Positions 1-19,560 of a stretch of 64,000 bases of DNA are shown one piece after another (positions within the stretch are counted from its first letter, which is position 1; the number at the start of each line of letters is the position of its first letter). The notes below the pieces were generated by a model, which ran no database searches, was not told where the DNA came from, and was given only the letters and a program-made list of their open reading frames with translations. The position numbers were made by a program, and so were the translations under genes. The DNA lies in the IMG/VR virus record IMGVR_UViG_3300005253_001115, positions 62,001-126,000 of that record. One strand, written 5' to 3'.

Positions 1-2
1 TC

Positions 3-68
3 ATGGAGACCATAGAGGGAATGTCAATTGTGAATTCCCGAGCAGTTACACGCGGTAACCGCGTATAG
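3..68 (+). CDS. 3' end of a gene entering the window, probably the major capsid protein
   Basis: Frame reads METIEGMSIVNSRAVTRGNRV*. This resembles the E..GM.I.N.RAV..G C-terminus I recall from large-phage capsid proteins, and a strong terminator follows. Only 21 aa are visible. Confidence 0.45.
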   Translation: METIEGMSIVNSRAVTRGNRV

Positions 69-123
69 TTGCTGGTCCGTGTAATAACAGTTACGACTGT
101 AGTTGCACATTCCATTTGGTTCC

Positions 124-162
124 AAAAGAGGAGGCCGGAGGCAGTGCCTCCGGCCTCTTTTT
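124..162 (+). terminator. Rho-independent terminator
   Basis: Perfect 12-bp stem GAGGCCGGAGGC (131-142) / GCCTCCGGCCTC (146-157) followed by TTTTT. An A-tract upstream suggests it may be bidirectional. Confidence 0.9.
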
Positions 163-169
163 GTTGCAG

Positions 170-179
170 TACACTAAAG
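170..179 (+). promoter_or_regulatory. Putative promoter motif TACACTAAAG, 7 nt before ATG
   Basis: One of a family of TANNCTAAAG-N7-start sites on both strands. No Shine-Dalgarno in the 7-nt spacer. Confidence 0.6.
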
Positions 180-186
180 TAACCTC

Positions 187-879
187 ATGGATGAATTGAA
201 GTTTTGTAGAGGTTGCTCCCAAGATTTACCAAAGGCCGAGTTTGCCAAGCGTGCAGATCGACCACTAGGTACGTCGAGCCGATGCAAGAAATGTCTCAGT
301 GCGGACCTCAGGAAGAAGTACCAAGACCCCGAATTCGCAGAGAAGGACATAGCAAGAGCTTCCAAGTGGGCTAAGGACAACCCAGAGAAGCATGTAGCCA
401 GAACTACAAACTGGAAGAAACAGAACCCGGAAAAAGTGTCCAAGCAGCAAAAGCGCTGGTACGACGACAACAAAGAAAGAGTCAGAGACAACCAGAGAAC
501 CTACGAGAAAGAGAGATACAACACAGACCCGAACTACATGCTCCGAAAGCGTCTCAGAAGCCGAATGTACGACATTTTCAGGTCTGAGACAAGGAACGGA
601 AAGAAAGCAGGATCGCACGTAAGAGACCTAGGGTGTTCTATAACACAGCTTATCTCTTACATGGAGGACAAGTTTACACCAGAAATGACCTGGGACAACC
701 ACGGAGCACTCTGGGAGATAGACCACGTTGTACCGCTGGCCAATTTTGACTTGACGGACAGGAACCAGTTTCTAGAGGCGTGCCACTTTACCAATTTACA
801 ACCCTTAGGAATTGATGAACACTTGGAAAAGACCACAAGAGAATTGGCGGACACATGCAACCTTTCAACTGGTCAATAA
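187..879 (+). CDS. HNH / endonuclease VII-like free-standing endonuclease
   Basis: N-terminal CxxC...CxxC, LGCS..QL..YME.KF..MTWDNHG.WEIDHVVPL and C.HFTNLQPL motifs. Confidence 0.75.
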   Translation: MDELKFCRGCSQDLPKAEFAKRADRPLGTSSRCKKCLSADLRKKYQDPEFAEKDIARASKWAKDNPEKHVARTTNWKKQNPEKVSKQQKRWYDDNKERVRDNQRTYEKERYNTDPNYMLRKRLRSRMYDIFRSETRNGKKAGSHVRDLGCSITQLISYMEDKFTPEMTWDNHGALWEIDHVVPLANFDLTDRNQFLEACHFTNLQPLGIDEHLEKTTRELADTCNLSTGQ

Positions 880-1094
880 AGGCATTCAACTTTGGTTCTA
901 AAGATGGCTCGTACAAGCTGAGAATTGAGGAAGCAGAAGACAACATTTCTATGGGTGTAGAGATGTTGAAAAGGGTCAAGCAGTCGGGTGCGCCCGAGGC
1001 TACCTCTGAGCAGATTGAACAGATAGCAGGTGAACTTAGTTCTACCTTAGACAAACTTCGCCAACTACGTACCAACATGAAATCCATGATATAG
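855..1094 (+). CDS. Hypothetical protein (helical)
   Basis: 79-aa ORF in operon orientation whose start overlaps the 3' end of the HNH gene. Confidence 0.55.
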   Translation: MQPFNWSIKAFNFGSKDGSYKLRIEEAEDNISMGVEMLKRVKQSGAPEATSEQIEQIAGELSSTLDKLRQLRTNMKSMI

Positions 1095-1104
1095 GAGACC
1101 CAGA

Positions 1105-1422
1105 ATGACTCGGGCACAAAGACTTCTTACATTGGCCTACAAGGCCCACCAGCGCGGCGAGGAAACCATCGCAGCACGCATTACTGCGTTTGCTTTTGCC
1201 GAGCCGGATTCAGCACAGATTTTCGAGAAGATTACTTCTGATAAGACCTCGGGGACCTCCGAGGTTGATCGTGCTGAAGCTACAATCCGAGCTGCCGAAG
1301 CTACTACTAAGGGTGCTATCTTTAGTGGTAGAGGGAGCAATGCGCTCTTGGCAATCGCGGAGAAGGCCCACAGAGACGGTCTTCCCAAGATAGCCGCAGC
1401 AATCGCTAACGCAGCCAGATAA
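1105..1422 (+). CDS. Hypothetical Ala-rich protein
   Basis: AGGAG SD upstream. The N-terminus loosely resembles that of 36130..36513. Confidence 0.7.
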   Translation: MTRAQRLLTLAYKAHQRGEETIAARITAFAFAEPDSAQIFEKITSDKTSGTSEVDRAEATIRAAEATTKGAIFSGRGSNALLAIAEKAHRDGLPKIAAAIANAAR

Positions 1423-1443
1423 TCGGTCTGCCACCCTCTCTAA

Positions 1444-2520
<1,077 letters not shown>

Positions 2521-2535
2521 AGAACTGGAGACTGA

Positions 2536-9004
<6,469 letters not shown>

Positions 9005-9005
9005 G

Positions 9006-10478
9006 ATGGCTCATCGTCACCAAATCATCATCATACCCAATGTAATAGACATGAAGGCCCTGGACTTTGATGGAACTGAACAGTTGCTTAACTCCTCAGA
9101 CAACCCACTTGGTATCGCTAATGAGTGGAGCATTCAGATAAACGCCAATCCCGGTAGCGATTCTAACGATATTTACTTGTTGCGTATTCAACCGATTACC
9201 GGGTTTGGTAATCAAATAGCTATTCATTTAAGAGGAGATCAAGCTAACGACCCGATTAGCGTACGGATTTTGCGTGCTAATGGAAATTCCCTGAAAGATT
9301 ATGAATGGGACAGCACCTACACCGTAGGGACAAAGGTTTCCTATATTGTCACCTGGGACGGCACGGATTTGCTGCTCTACATAGACGGAGTGCTAACTGC
9401 GGCTGATACTTTGATCTCCGATTTCTCCTCAGCAATGACCGCAACAGACAGAAGAGTTTCTGTGGGGTCAGCGCTGGGTGGTGTGCCCTGGGTAGGTTTG
9501 ATTCATTCAACTTCTGTGTGGAATGTGGTGCTTACCCAAGCAGAGATTACTACTCTTCAGAACAGCGATTCCCCGGAAAATATAGACAACAGATTCAACT
9601 CCGGTGACTACTTTAGTTCGGCGAACCTTCAGCATTACTGGCGTCATGGGTTGGATGCAGCAGATATAGGCAAGGATTCAGGAAAAGCATCAACGCTCAT
9701 CGACATCGGTGACAACGCCACGGGCATCACAGCAGATGATATCGTGGAATACACCTCGGGAGTTGAAGATACGAAGGCCCTGGATTTCACTACAGGTGAA
9801 CATCTTAGAAACACCACAGAGCAAGCAATAGGTATAGCTAATACTTGGTCTATTCAAGCAAACTATGAGCCTTCAAATGTTGCATTTGAGTTCTCGGTGA
9901 TGGGAATCGGAACCAACAACACTAACAAAGATATGATTCGATTTGATCTTATAGGGAATGTAGCAAATGATCCTTTGCGCATAATTCTAACCGAGAATGA
10001 CACCACAGTAATCAAGCAGTATGATTGGGAGAGTGTTCATACCCTCGGTGTCAAAATAAGTGTGATCGCGACATGGGATGGCACCAATCTTGTCGTGTAT
10101 ATAGATGGGGTAGAAACCGCTGCTACCACCAAGACTACAGACAATGCAGGGTCTCAATTAGCCACTGTACGGTCAGTAGCAGTAGGCGGTAGAACTGTCG
10201 GCTCATTTTCCTTCTCTGGGGATATTCATTCGGTTTCTGTGTGGGATTCAGTCCTCACTCAAGCAGAGGTGACTTCCCTTCAGAATTCAAGCTCACCGCA
10301 GAGCATCGACAATCGCTTTGACTTTGGCAGCTATGCAAGCTCATCCAACCTTCAGCACTACTGGCGCTGCGGGTTCGATGCCACAGATATTGGCAGGGAT
10401 TACGGCAACGCTTCCACGCTCATCGACATCGGTGACAACGCCGAGAACATCACAGCAGATGATATTGTGACCTACTGA
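9006..10478 (+). CDS. Tandem LamG-like (two-domain) protein
   Basis: Two homologous ~245-aa repeats (ALDF...WSIQ.N...TWDGT.L..YIDGV...SVW..VLTQAE...LQHYWR.G.D...IDIGDNA..ITADDIV). Confidence 0.8.
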   Translation: MAHRHQIIIIPNVIDMKALDFDGTEQLLNSSDNPLGIANEWSIQINANPGSDSNDIYLLRIQPITGFGNQIAIHLRGDQANDPISVRILRANGNSLKDYEWDSTYTVGTKVSYIVTWDGTDLLLYIDGVLTAADTLISDFSSAMTATDRRVSVGSALGGVPWVGLIHSTSVWNVVLTQAEITTLQNSDSPENIDNRFNSGDYFSSANLQHYWRHGLDAADIGKDSGKASTLIDIGDNATGITADDIVEYTSGVEDTKALDFTTGEHLRNTTEQAIGIANTWSIQANYEPSNVAFEFSVMGIGTNNTNKDMIRFDLIGNVANDPLRIILTENDTTVIKQYDWESVHTLGVKISVIATWDGTNLVVYIDGVETAATTKTTDNAGSQLATVRSVAVGGRTVGSFSFSGDIHSVSVWDSVLTQAEVTSLQNSSSPQSIDNRFDFGSYASSSNLQHYWRCGFDATDIGRDYGNASTLIDIGDNAENITADDIVTY

Positions 10479-10539
10479 TGGCTGGCAATCTCTCACAACT
10501 TCCGGTTAGTCATCTGAACTCTATTCACGCCAGTGATAA

Positions 10540-10869
10540 ATGGTCGGTATTCTAATGTCAAAACGATACCTCGTAGTAGTACATTTGCCCATACAGGGCA
10601 CCAGATCCAGCGAAGTGGTTGGAAATCTAGGGCAGGCTCTAAGGACCGCAGACGTGTATCCTGCTCGCCCCAGTGTTATTTTATCAGGACCGGCGAACAT
10701 GTTGCGGCACGCCACGGAAGCTCTTACGGTGCCGCCGCAGTCCTGGCTGGACACTAAAGCATTCTTAGCGCATATTTACGCCATTGCTGCCCTTTTCGAC
10801 TTCAATGTTGAGGTGATCCAGAACGCCACAAACTGGGACATCAAGAAAGCAAAAGAAAGCAGAAAATGA
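10540..10869 (+). CDS. Hypothetical protein
   Basis: 109-aa ORF filling the gap. The true start may be 10555. Confidence 0.6.
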   Translation: MVGILMSKRYLVVVHLPIQGTRSSEVVGNLGQALRTADVYPARPSVILSGPANMLRHATEALTVPPQSWLDTKAFLAHIYAIAALFDFNVEVIQNATNWDIKKAKESRK

Positions 10870-10925
10870 TGTCCACCAAAGCCGAATATCTCCAGCGCTG
10901 TCAAGAGTGTAGAGGAAAGTAAGTA

Positions 10926-13199
<2,274 letters not shown>

Positions 13200-13224
13200 G
13201 TTATTTCTGACTTAGAGGGTACAC

Positions 13225-15096
13225 ATGGCCGACTTTACAGGCGCAACAGGTGAAACAGGCGCAACTGGTTCCACCGGTTTAACCGGTGCTGGCGTACAAG
13301 GTGCGTCCGGCGCTGGACAGACGGGCGCTACAGGCGCTACGGGTGTAGGTGTAACTGGAGCCCCGGGTGCCTCTATTACCGGCCCCACCGGCACCGCAGG
13401 CCCCCAAGGTAACGCAGGCGTACAGGGCTCCGCAGGAGACACTGGCTCCGCAGGCTCACAAGGCGTCCCCGGACCCATCGGTGTCCAGGGTGTCTCTATT
13501 ACGGGCTCTACGGGCATTACAGGCGTCGCAGGACCCCAAGGAATCGGCCTCACAGGTAAGACAGGAAACACAGGAAGCACAGGACCCCAGGGGGACGTTG
13601 GTCTCATTGGCAGCACAGGTATCCAGGGTATCGTGGGCTTAACCGGATCTATTGGCTCGACTGGTGTTGGTCTTGCTGGTACCACTGGTGCCACGGACGG
13701 CAGCACCGGAGGAACTGGCAACACTGGCTTTGCCGGTTTGACAGGAACCACCGGCCCGACCGGAACTCAAGGCAGCCCAGGAAACCAAGGTATCCAGGGC
13801 GAAACGGGACATCCGGGTCCGGTTGGTGTAATTGGTCCGCAAGGTATCCAAGGCACGGCTGGCATTGGTATCGGTCTCCCTGGAGAGACTGGCGATACTG
13901 GCAACACTGGCAACACTGGCCCGATTGGTCCGACCGGGGCAGTTACAGTCCACAGTGGTCTGACAGGGCGGGATCAGGACGATCACGAGCTTTACTTCCT
14001 GGCTGATGGTTCTCGCTTCATCGACAACAACGCTGATGCGGAGCTGAACGTCGTCATGGACTCTGGACTAGCTTCTGCCCAGCAGACGAATCTCGTCTTC
14101 TCGGATCGCGGCATTCTGGCGTGGACAATGACTAAGAACGTAGCGGGCAATCTCGCTTGGACTTCCAACTCCACCGGCAACATTGTGATGTTCCTGCACA
14201 AAGACGCTACGGCGTCGTCCATCTTGGTGGCCGCTAGTGGAAACGTAGGTATCGGAACGGGTGCGCCTTCATCCAAGCTGCACGTAGCAGGGAGCGCCCG
14301 TATCCAGGGTAACGAGCTTCGCGTGGACAACGATGCGGACGCTGACACCACGGTCACAATCGACTCTGGGCAGGCCGTTGCTCAGAATTCTCACTTCGTG
14401 CTGGCGGATCGCGGTAACGAACAATGGCTGCTCGCCAAGCCGCCGGACAACACGTTCTTCATCCAGCACGTTCCTGACGGTACTCCGCACTTGACGTTCC
14501 GTCCCGGTCATGTTATGGACTTGAATACGGCTACCCGATTCGAGAAAAATAACGCTGACCCGATGGATATCCACGCCCACGCAGCGCGCCACGACGTGGG
14601 TGATGCTGATCCTATCGACTGGGCGTCTAACCTGAATACAGTGAATCCTGACCTGTTCCGGCAGGCTCGTAATATGTTCCCAAATACTATTCAGGGGGGC
14701 GGAAACTCCGTTAGTGCGTCAACAAATAATAACCTGACTAGTTCTTTCGAGACACTCCACAGTATTGTTTTGGACTTTTCTAGTCGCTCTAACCCTTCTC
14801 AGGTGCTTATCATCGGACAGGGAAACTATATCGCAGACGGTGACTCAACGGTAACAATCGAACAGGCAATGCAGTTGGACTCTGGCGGAGGTTTCAGTAC
14901 GTTCGGCATACCCTCGAACAACTCTACTAGACGGGGAGGCGACGAGCATTTCTCATGCTGGAGCTTCTGGTGGCTGACTTGCCCTGCGTCAGTTTGCACC
15001 ATCCGTCTCCGGGCACGGGAACAAAATCAAGACGCTAACTGGAGTCGAGCCATGATTATTTACACAGATATCGGCGAGTCGCTCGCGATCTCCTAA
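13225..15096 (+). CDS. Collagen-like tail fibre protein
   Basis: About 240 aa of collagen, then a DHxLY.LADGSR...DSG...QQ.N module paralogous to 10926 and a [18 protein letters not shown] motif. Confidence 0.82.
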   Translation: MADFTGATGETGATGSTGLTGAGVQGASGAGQTGATGATGVGVTGAPGASITGPTGTAGPQGNAGVQGSAGDTGSAGSQGVPGPIGVQGVSITGSTGITGVAGPQGIGLTGKTGNTGSTGPQGDVGLIGSTGIQGIVGLTGSIGSTGVGLAGTTGATDGSTGGTGNTGFAGLTGTTGPTGTQGSPGNQGIQGETGHPGPVGVIGPQGIQGTAGIGIGLPGETGDTGNTGNTGPIGPTGAVTVHSGLTGRDQDDHELYFLADGSRFIDNNADAELNVVMDSGLASAQQTNLVFSDRGILAWTMTKNVAGNLAWTSNSTGNIVMFLHKDATASSILVAASGNVGIGTGAPSSKLHVAGSARIQGNELRVDNDADADTTVTIDSGQAVAQNSHFVLADRGNEQWLLAKPPDNTFFIQHVPDGTPHLTFRPGHVMDLNTATRFEKNNADPMDIHAHAARHDVGDADPIDWASNLNTVNPDLFRQARNMFPNTIQGGGNSVSASTNNNLTSSFETLHSIVLDFSSRSNPSQVLIIGQGNYIADGDSTVTIEQAMQLDSGGGFSTFGIPSNNSTRRGGDEHFSCWSFWWLTCPASVCTIRLRAREQNQDANWSRAMIIYTDIGESLAIS

Positions 15097-15106
15097 GGAG
15101 GCTTAA

Positions 15107-15649
15107 ATGGCCATTAACATCAGAATCGACCCAGCAGCATATGCCGCTAGTGGTCCTCTTGCTCAGTTTGCTACCCGGGAAATTCCCAACACTTATCCGA
15201 AGCTCCACGAGCCTCTCCTTTCGGCGGTTACGGGTACCGGCTACATCGCCAGCGCTCCTCGCCTCACGGGCTCTTCGAACATCTTAGATGACGGAAGTTT
15301 TCCCACAGCCGAGGGTGCTACGGGGACGTTTGAGGCAGCCCTTCCCGTAGATACAACCGAGGATATCGTAGTGCATGTGTCCCCCACCAGTGGCTCTGCA
15401 ATTGTGCGCGGCGGTAGTGCCTGGGACCCGAATCAGGCTGAATTCGATCCTTCTTACGGACTAGACGTTGGCATCGCGGGCGTCACTCTCCAGGGTGACG
15501 TTTTCGAGACGGCCCTCAAAGAGCCTGTGGGAATGCAGTTCCGGGCAAACTTGCAGGATTATGTTGCTCGTGGTATTCTCATTGTTACAGAGGGACCGAC
15601 CGGACCTCCGATGGACCCGGGAGAAATTGCGGACTATACCGCCCCGTAA
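15107..15649 (+). CDS. Hypothetical (likely virion) protein
   Basis: AAGGAGG SD, 180 aa. Confidence 0.75.
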   Translation: MAINIRIDPAAYAASGPLAQFATREIPNTYPKLHEPLLSAVTGTGYIASAPRLTGSSNILDDGSFPTAEGATGTFEAALPVDTTEDIVVHVSPTSGSAIVRGGSAWDPNQAEFDPSYGLDVGIAGVTLQGDVFETALKEPVGMQFRANLQDYVARGILIVTEGPTGPPMDPGEIADYTAP

Positions 15650-15657
15650 GGCTCAGC

Positions 15658-15667
15658 TACACTAAAG
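15658..15667 (+). promoter_or_regulatory. Putative promoter TACACTAAAG, 7 nt before ATG 15675
   Basis: Same sequence and spacing as the site at 170. Confidence 0.6.
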
Positions 15668-15674
15668 AGCTTGC

Positions 15675-18491
15675 ATGTCGAGCATCTGCCCCGTTTGTGG
15701 TGGTGGGGAATTCGCTAGCACTGAAAGCTCAACCGCTGGCCTGACCCCTTACCTTTCTTGTAATTCCTGTGGCCTCTGGGCACAGTATCCAGCCCCTGCA
15801 TTCCGGTACGAGTCGGACCTCCAACCCCAGACGGGCCGGGAGGCTATGACCGAAGTTGCCTGTCTCTTGAATCAAGACCTGGCTGCGAGGCTGTTCCACG
15901 CACATAAGCCCGAATCCGTTCTGGATATCGGGTCGAAATACCCTTACTTCCTGAAGTGCTTCAAGGATTTAGGCGTCGAGGATGTCATAGGCATCGACGG
16001 CTTCGAGGGGGCCACGGAATTCGGTGACGAGCTGGGTGTGGCGATGATTATCGACAACTTCCTTGAGCACGATTTCGGGGACAAGAAGTTCGATCTCATT
16101 ACGCTGGTCCACTGCATCGAACACTTCTCCGATCCTGCCGCAGCGATGAGCAAGGTTCGTTCCATCCTATCCGATACTGGAGTGGTCTATATACGCACCC
16201 CAGAAGTCAAGACAGTAGGCATCGACATTCACCTGACGGATGAACACTACCAAATCCACCCCATCCTATTCTCCCGAGAATCCTTCCGCTTACTGGCTAA
16301 GCAGGAAGGATTCCGCATTTTCGATGAGTGGGAGCAGGGAGAAGTGGGTCAGATGGACTGGCAGCTTCGGATCGCCGAAGACATCCGCATTAGCTTCGCA
16401 GTTGTTTCCTGTAATGAGGAAGAGGTCATAGGGCGCATGCTCGACAGTATCGAGTCCTTGGCCTGGGAGGTAGTCGTTTACCTCAACAACTGCGACGACA
16501 GGACCCCGGAGATCATCAAGGAGTTCGGTGAGCGCACGGGCACCAAAACCCGAATCCTAGAGGGTTTTTGGGATGACAATTTCGCCCGCGCTAAGAACGA
16601 GGCTATTATGGCGTGCGAGGGCACCCACGTAGCTTGGATGGACTGCGACGACGTTCTGTCCGATGACGCCCCTGGCAAGATCATGGTTCTCCTCAACGAG
16701 AGACCCGACAATCCCCAGGATTGGCGGCTTATTTACGGAGGCGATACGTTCTTCCATTGCCGACTCTGGCGAAATGAGGCTCGGCTGGACCGTCACGGTA
16801 ACACGTTCCTGCCACACTTCCACGACAAGTGCCATGAGTATATATGCCTGGGTGGCTACCAGGGAATGAAGCTGAAGTGTGACGATATTACGCTGCGGCA
16901 TCTCCCGACACCTAAGGACGCCTCCGGCCGAAACATTCGTATTCTCTTGGCAGCGGAAGCCGAAGGACCCACCCAGTGTCCTTACTGCCCCGCCACCCAC
17001 GACGACAAGGGACGCACCTTGTTCTACCTGGGTAACGGTCTCCGAGAGGGTGGCCGGACCGAAGAGGCACTAGAGCGCTATCAGGTCTATCTCGATGAGA
17101 ATCTGGGCTGGCATGACGAACGCTTCTGGGCATGGATGTACCAGGGCTACTGTAACCAGAAGCTAGGTAAGAATCCTGAGGCTCTGCGATCATATTGTAA
17201 CGCGCTGGCTACGAACTCCCGTTGGGCAGAGCCGTACATGTCTATCGCTCGCCTGAAGTATGCCCAGAACGACTACAAGGCTGCTATTTCATGGTCTATC
17301 CAAGCTGCCGCACAAACCCTGCCCAACACGCTGATGTTCCTAAACACGGGAGCATACAAGGACCAGCCGTTCAGATTGATGAGCTGGTGCTGGGAGCACC
17401 TCGGGGACCTTGACAAGGCCATCCAATATGCCGAGATTGCCGCACAGCGAATTGGCGGACCAGACAGTGATTGGGCCGCACGAATCACTGGCCTTAGAGC
17501 GACCCGGGGAGGAGACCGAGAAGCGGCCCCTAAGCAAAAGATCGCCCAGGTAATGCGCCCCGGTGCCCTGGGTGACATTATCATGTCCACGGCAGCCTGC
17601 AAGGGTTTGAAGGAGCAGGGATACTATGTGCGGTACGTCTGTCACCCCGGCTCGATTTCAGCCATCGAGGACAACCCATACGTCGATGAAGTGGTCGCCG
17701 TACCGGAGAACAACTGGGATGGGATTCTGAAGCAGACGGAGAACCTCCCCAAGGCTGAGAAGGTGATTGCCTTCCAGTATCCGATGAAGGAGCAGTATCC
17801 CGAGGTACCGATGCGCCAGCACTTGGCTCACTTCTTCTGCGAGGATGCCGGAGTCCCTGTGAGCACGGACCTCTCGATGGGCTTTAAGCAGGAGCACCTA
17901 GATTATGGTGCTCTTCACGGTACCGGCAAGGTGGTCATCCACACGAAGGCTGGCTGGTCCCCGCTGAAGAACTGGCCGATGGACGCCTGGGAAGACCTTG
18001 TGGGGCGCATTAAGGAGGCAGGTTTCGAGGTAGCCCAGATCGGTACCGCCAGCGAGCCTCTGGTTCCGGGTGCTGAGCGCTTGGATACTCCCTCCATTAA
18101 GCACGCTGCCGCTGTACAGAAGTTCTCGGCCCTTTTCATCGGTGTAGACTCTATCTTCAACCACACTTCACAGGCTGTCGCTAAGAAGTCCGTGATTCTA
18201 TGGGGATCTACTCACCCGCTGGGCTCTGGGTACGATCAAAATGTGAATCTGGTGAACGGCGGTGTCTGGACACGCGAGATGGGAACGGGAGGGCCTACGA
18301 AGTCCTGCCAACCGTGCTATCGCGAGTACAACCAAATGAGTGTCCACCCGAAGCCACCGTGCCCTAATCTGGTACAGCACGCAATAACTACACTCCCTGA
18401 AGAGGAGTACCCCCAGAAAACGATAAACGCATGTGTTTCCTCTAACACACCGGATTTGGTATGGAAATACGTAAAGGAGATTCTTTTGTGA
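15675..18491 (+). CDS. Multidomain SAM methyltransferase / GT2 glycosyltransferase / TPR / GT9-like glycosyltransferase
   Basis: Zn-ribbon plus VLDIGS...FDLITLVHCIEH...YIRTP (MTase); CNEEEVIGRMLDS...NFARAKN...WMDCDD (GT2); TPR helices; MRPGALGDIIMST...IHTKAGW..KNWP...FIGVDS..NH (GT9/GT-B). Confidence 0.85.
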   Translation: MSSICPVCGGGEFASTESSTAGLTPYLSCNSCGLWAQYPAPAFRYESDLQPQTGREAMTEVACLLNQDLAARLFHAHKPESVLDIGSKYPYFLKCFKDLGVEDVIGIDGFEGATEFGDELGVAMIIDNFLEHDFGDKKFDLITLVHCIEHFSDPAAAMSKVRSILSDTGVVYIRTPEVKTVGIDIHLTDEHYQIHPILFSRESFRLLAKQEGFRIFDEWEQGEVGQMDWQLRIAEDIRISFAVVSCNEEEVIGRMLDSIESLAWEVVVYLNNCDDRTPEIIKEFGERTGTKTRILEGFWDDNFARAKNEAIMACEGTHVAWMDCDDVLSDDAPGKIMVLLNERPDNPQDWRLIYGGDTFFHCRLWRNEARLDRHGNTFLPHFHDKCHEYICLGGYQGMKLKCDDITLRHLPTPKDASGRNIRILLAAEAEGPTQCPYCPATHDDKGRTLFYLGNGLREGGRTEEALERYQVYLDENLGWHDERFWAWMYQGYCNQKLGKNPEALRSYCNALATNSRWAEPYMSIARLKYAQNDYKAAISWSIQAAAQTLPNTLMFLNTGAYKDQPFRLMSWCWEHLGDLDKAIQYAEIAAQRIGGPDSDWAARITGLRATRGGDREAAPKQKIAQVMRPGALGDIIMSTAACKGLKEQGYYVRYVCHPGSISAIEDNPYVDEVVAVPENNWDGILKQTENLPKAEKVIAFQYPMKEQYPEVPMRQHLAHFFCEDAGVPVSTDLSMGFKQEHLDYGALHGTGKVVIHTKAGWSPLKNWPMDAWEDLVGRIKEAGFEVAQIGTASEPLVPGAERLDTPSIKHAAAVQKFSALFIGVDSIFNHTSQAVAKKSVILWGSTHPLGSGYDQNVNLVNGGVWTREMGTGGPTKSCQPCYREYNQMSVHPKPPCPNLVQHAITTLPEEEYPQKTINACVSSNTPDLVWKYVKEILL

Positions 18492-18945
18492 CTAGTACAA
18501 TACCTATGAACTATAGATCCATTATTTCGATGGCAACTAACTGGAGATCTCCATGAGACAAGATTTGGCTGTACTTCTCAATAACCTGTGGGGTTTGTTT
18601 AGAACTCGCATATATGGTGCTTTTATACGAGGGAAGTTCTTGTGTTTTCGACACACGATAAGCCAGAACGTGTTTAGATTGTCCCTCAATGATGAGGGTA
18701 TGCGTTCGAATAGTAAGTTCAATGCAAATCTTTACAACTTTCTATCAACACACTACCAATATGTTCGTAACGATAGAAACAGAAGTGTTACGCCTGCTGA
18801 GGTAGCTGACGTGGAGGAAGAGTTTGCAAGACGATCCTCTTTGCGGTGGGGGCATCTTAAAGACGCTCTGAAAAAGCGTAATGTGCTTCCTGGGCAGGAT
18901 ACAACGCATGATTAGCACAATACCTATGAACTACAAATGCCTTAT
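18488..18945 (+). repeat. Degenerate direct repeat 420 bp apart (core ACAATACCTATGAACTA at 18497 and 18917)
   Basis: 17-bp identical core. The copies translate as (M)TSTIPMNYRSII and MISTIPMNYKCLI. Confidence 0.8.
18553..18915 (+). CDS. Hypothetical protein (insertion-like)
   Basis: GGAG SD, visibly more AT-rich, and bracketed by the 420-bp repeat. Confidence 0.6.
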   Translation: MRQDLAVLLNNLWGLFRTRIYGAFIRGKFLCFRHTISQNVFRLSLNDEGMRSNSKFNANLYNFLSTHYQYVRNDRNRSVTPAEVADVEEEFARRSSLRWGHLKDALKKRNVLPGQDTTHD

Positions 18946-19558
18946 CTTCGATCCGCAAGTACCGGACGAGGATGGTAAGTCTGACGGTAGGGTTACAATC
19001 AATGGGCTTCCCCCGGGCATCATGAGCCCGAGCTACCCCCACCTAGTAGGAGGGGACGGGAAACCGCAGCCGATTGATGTGAAGACCATTGTTGACGCTT
19101 TTCACCCCGAGACTTGCGTGTACACAGGAGCCCCTGCTGAAGGTATCAACATTCTGGATGGAAATCCGCAGAATTTTCTCATCACCAATCTTGAGCCGAT
19201 CTCAAAGGCTTGGATGGATTCTTTGCCTTTCCTCCCGAAGGCAGCAATCACTAGGGTATTCCCTGGAGCAACTGGAGACCTCGAAGTTGAGGTATACGGA
19301 GCGCCACTCTTCAGGGCTGAAGAAACCCTCAACAATCTACAGATCCCGGAAGTACCGGGTGAGTTGGGGTTAGCGCACTATGAAGCTGAACTTTTGTGGG
19401 TATGGAATCAACTCACAAAGGTAACTTTGCTAAAGGGATTAAGGTCTCTTACAAAGCGCAACAAGCAGACTGGGGTTTCGGTCGCACTTACAAACAAGGA
19501 TGTGTTGGAGTTTACGTTCAAATTGTTGCACCAAGACTTCACCACCCAGGAGAATTAA
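18908..19558 (+). CDS. Hypothetical protein
   Basis: Starts at MISTIPMNYKC, overlapping the previous stop. Confidence 0.7.
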   Translation: MISTIPMNYKCLIFDPQVPDEDGKSDGRVTINGLPPGIMSPSYPHLVGGDGKPQPIDVKTIVDAFHPETCVYTGAPAEGINILDGNPQNFLITNLEPISKAWMDSLPFLPKAAITRVFPGATGDLEVEVYGAPLFRAEETLNNLQIPEVPGELGLAHYEAELLWVWNQLTKVTLLKGLRSLTKRNKQTGVSVALTNKDVLEFTFKLLHQDFTTQEN

Positions 19559-19560
19559 AC

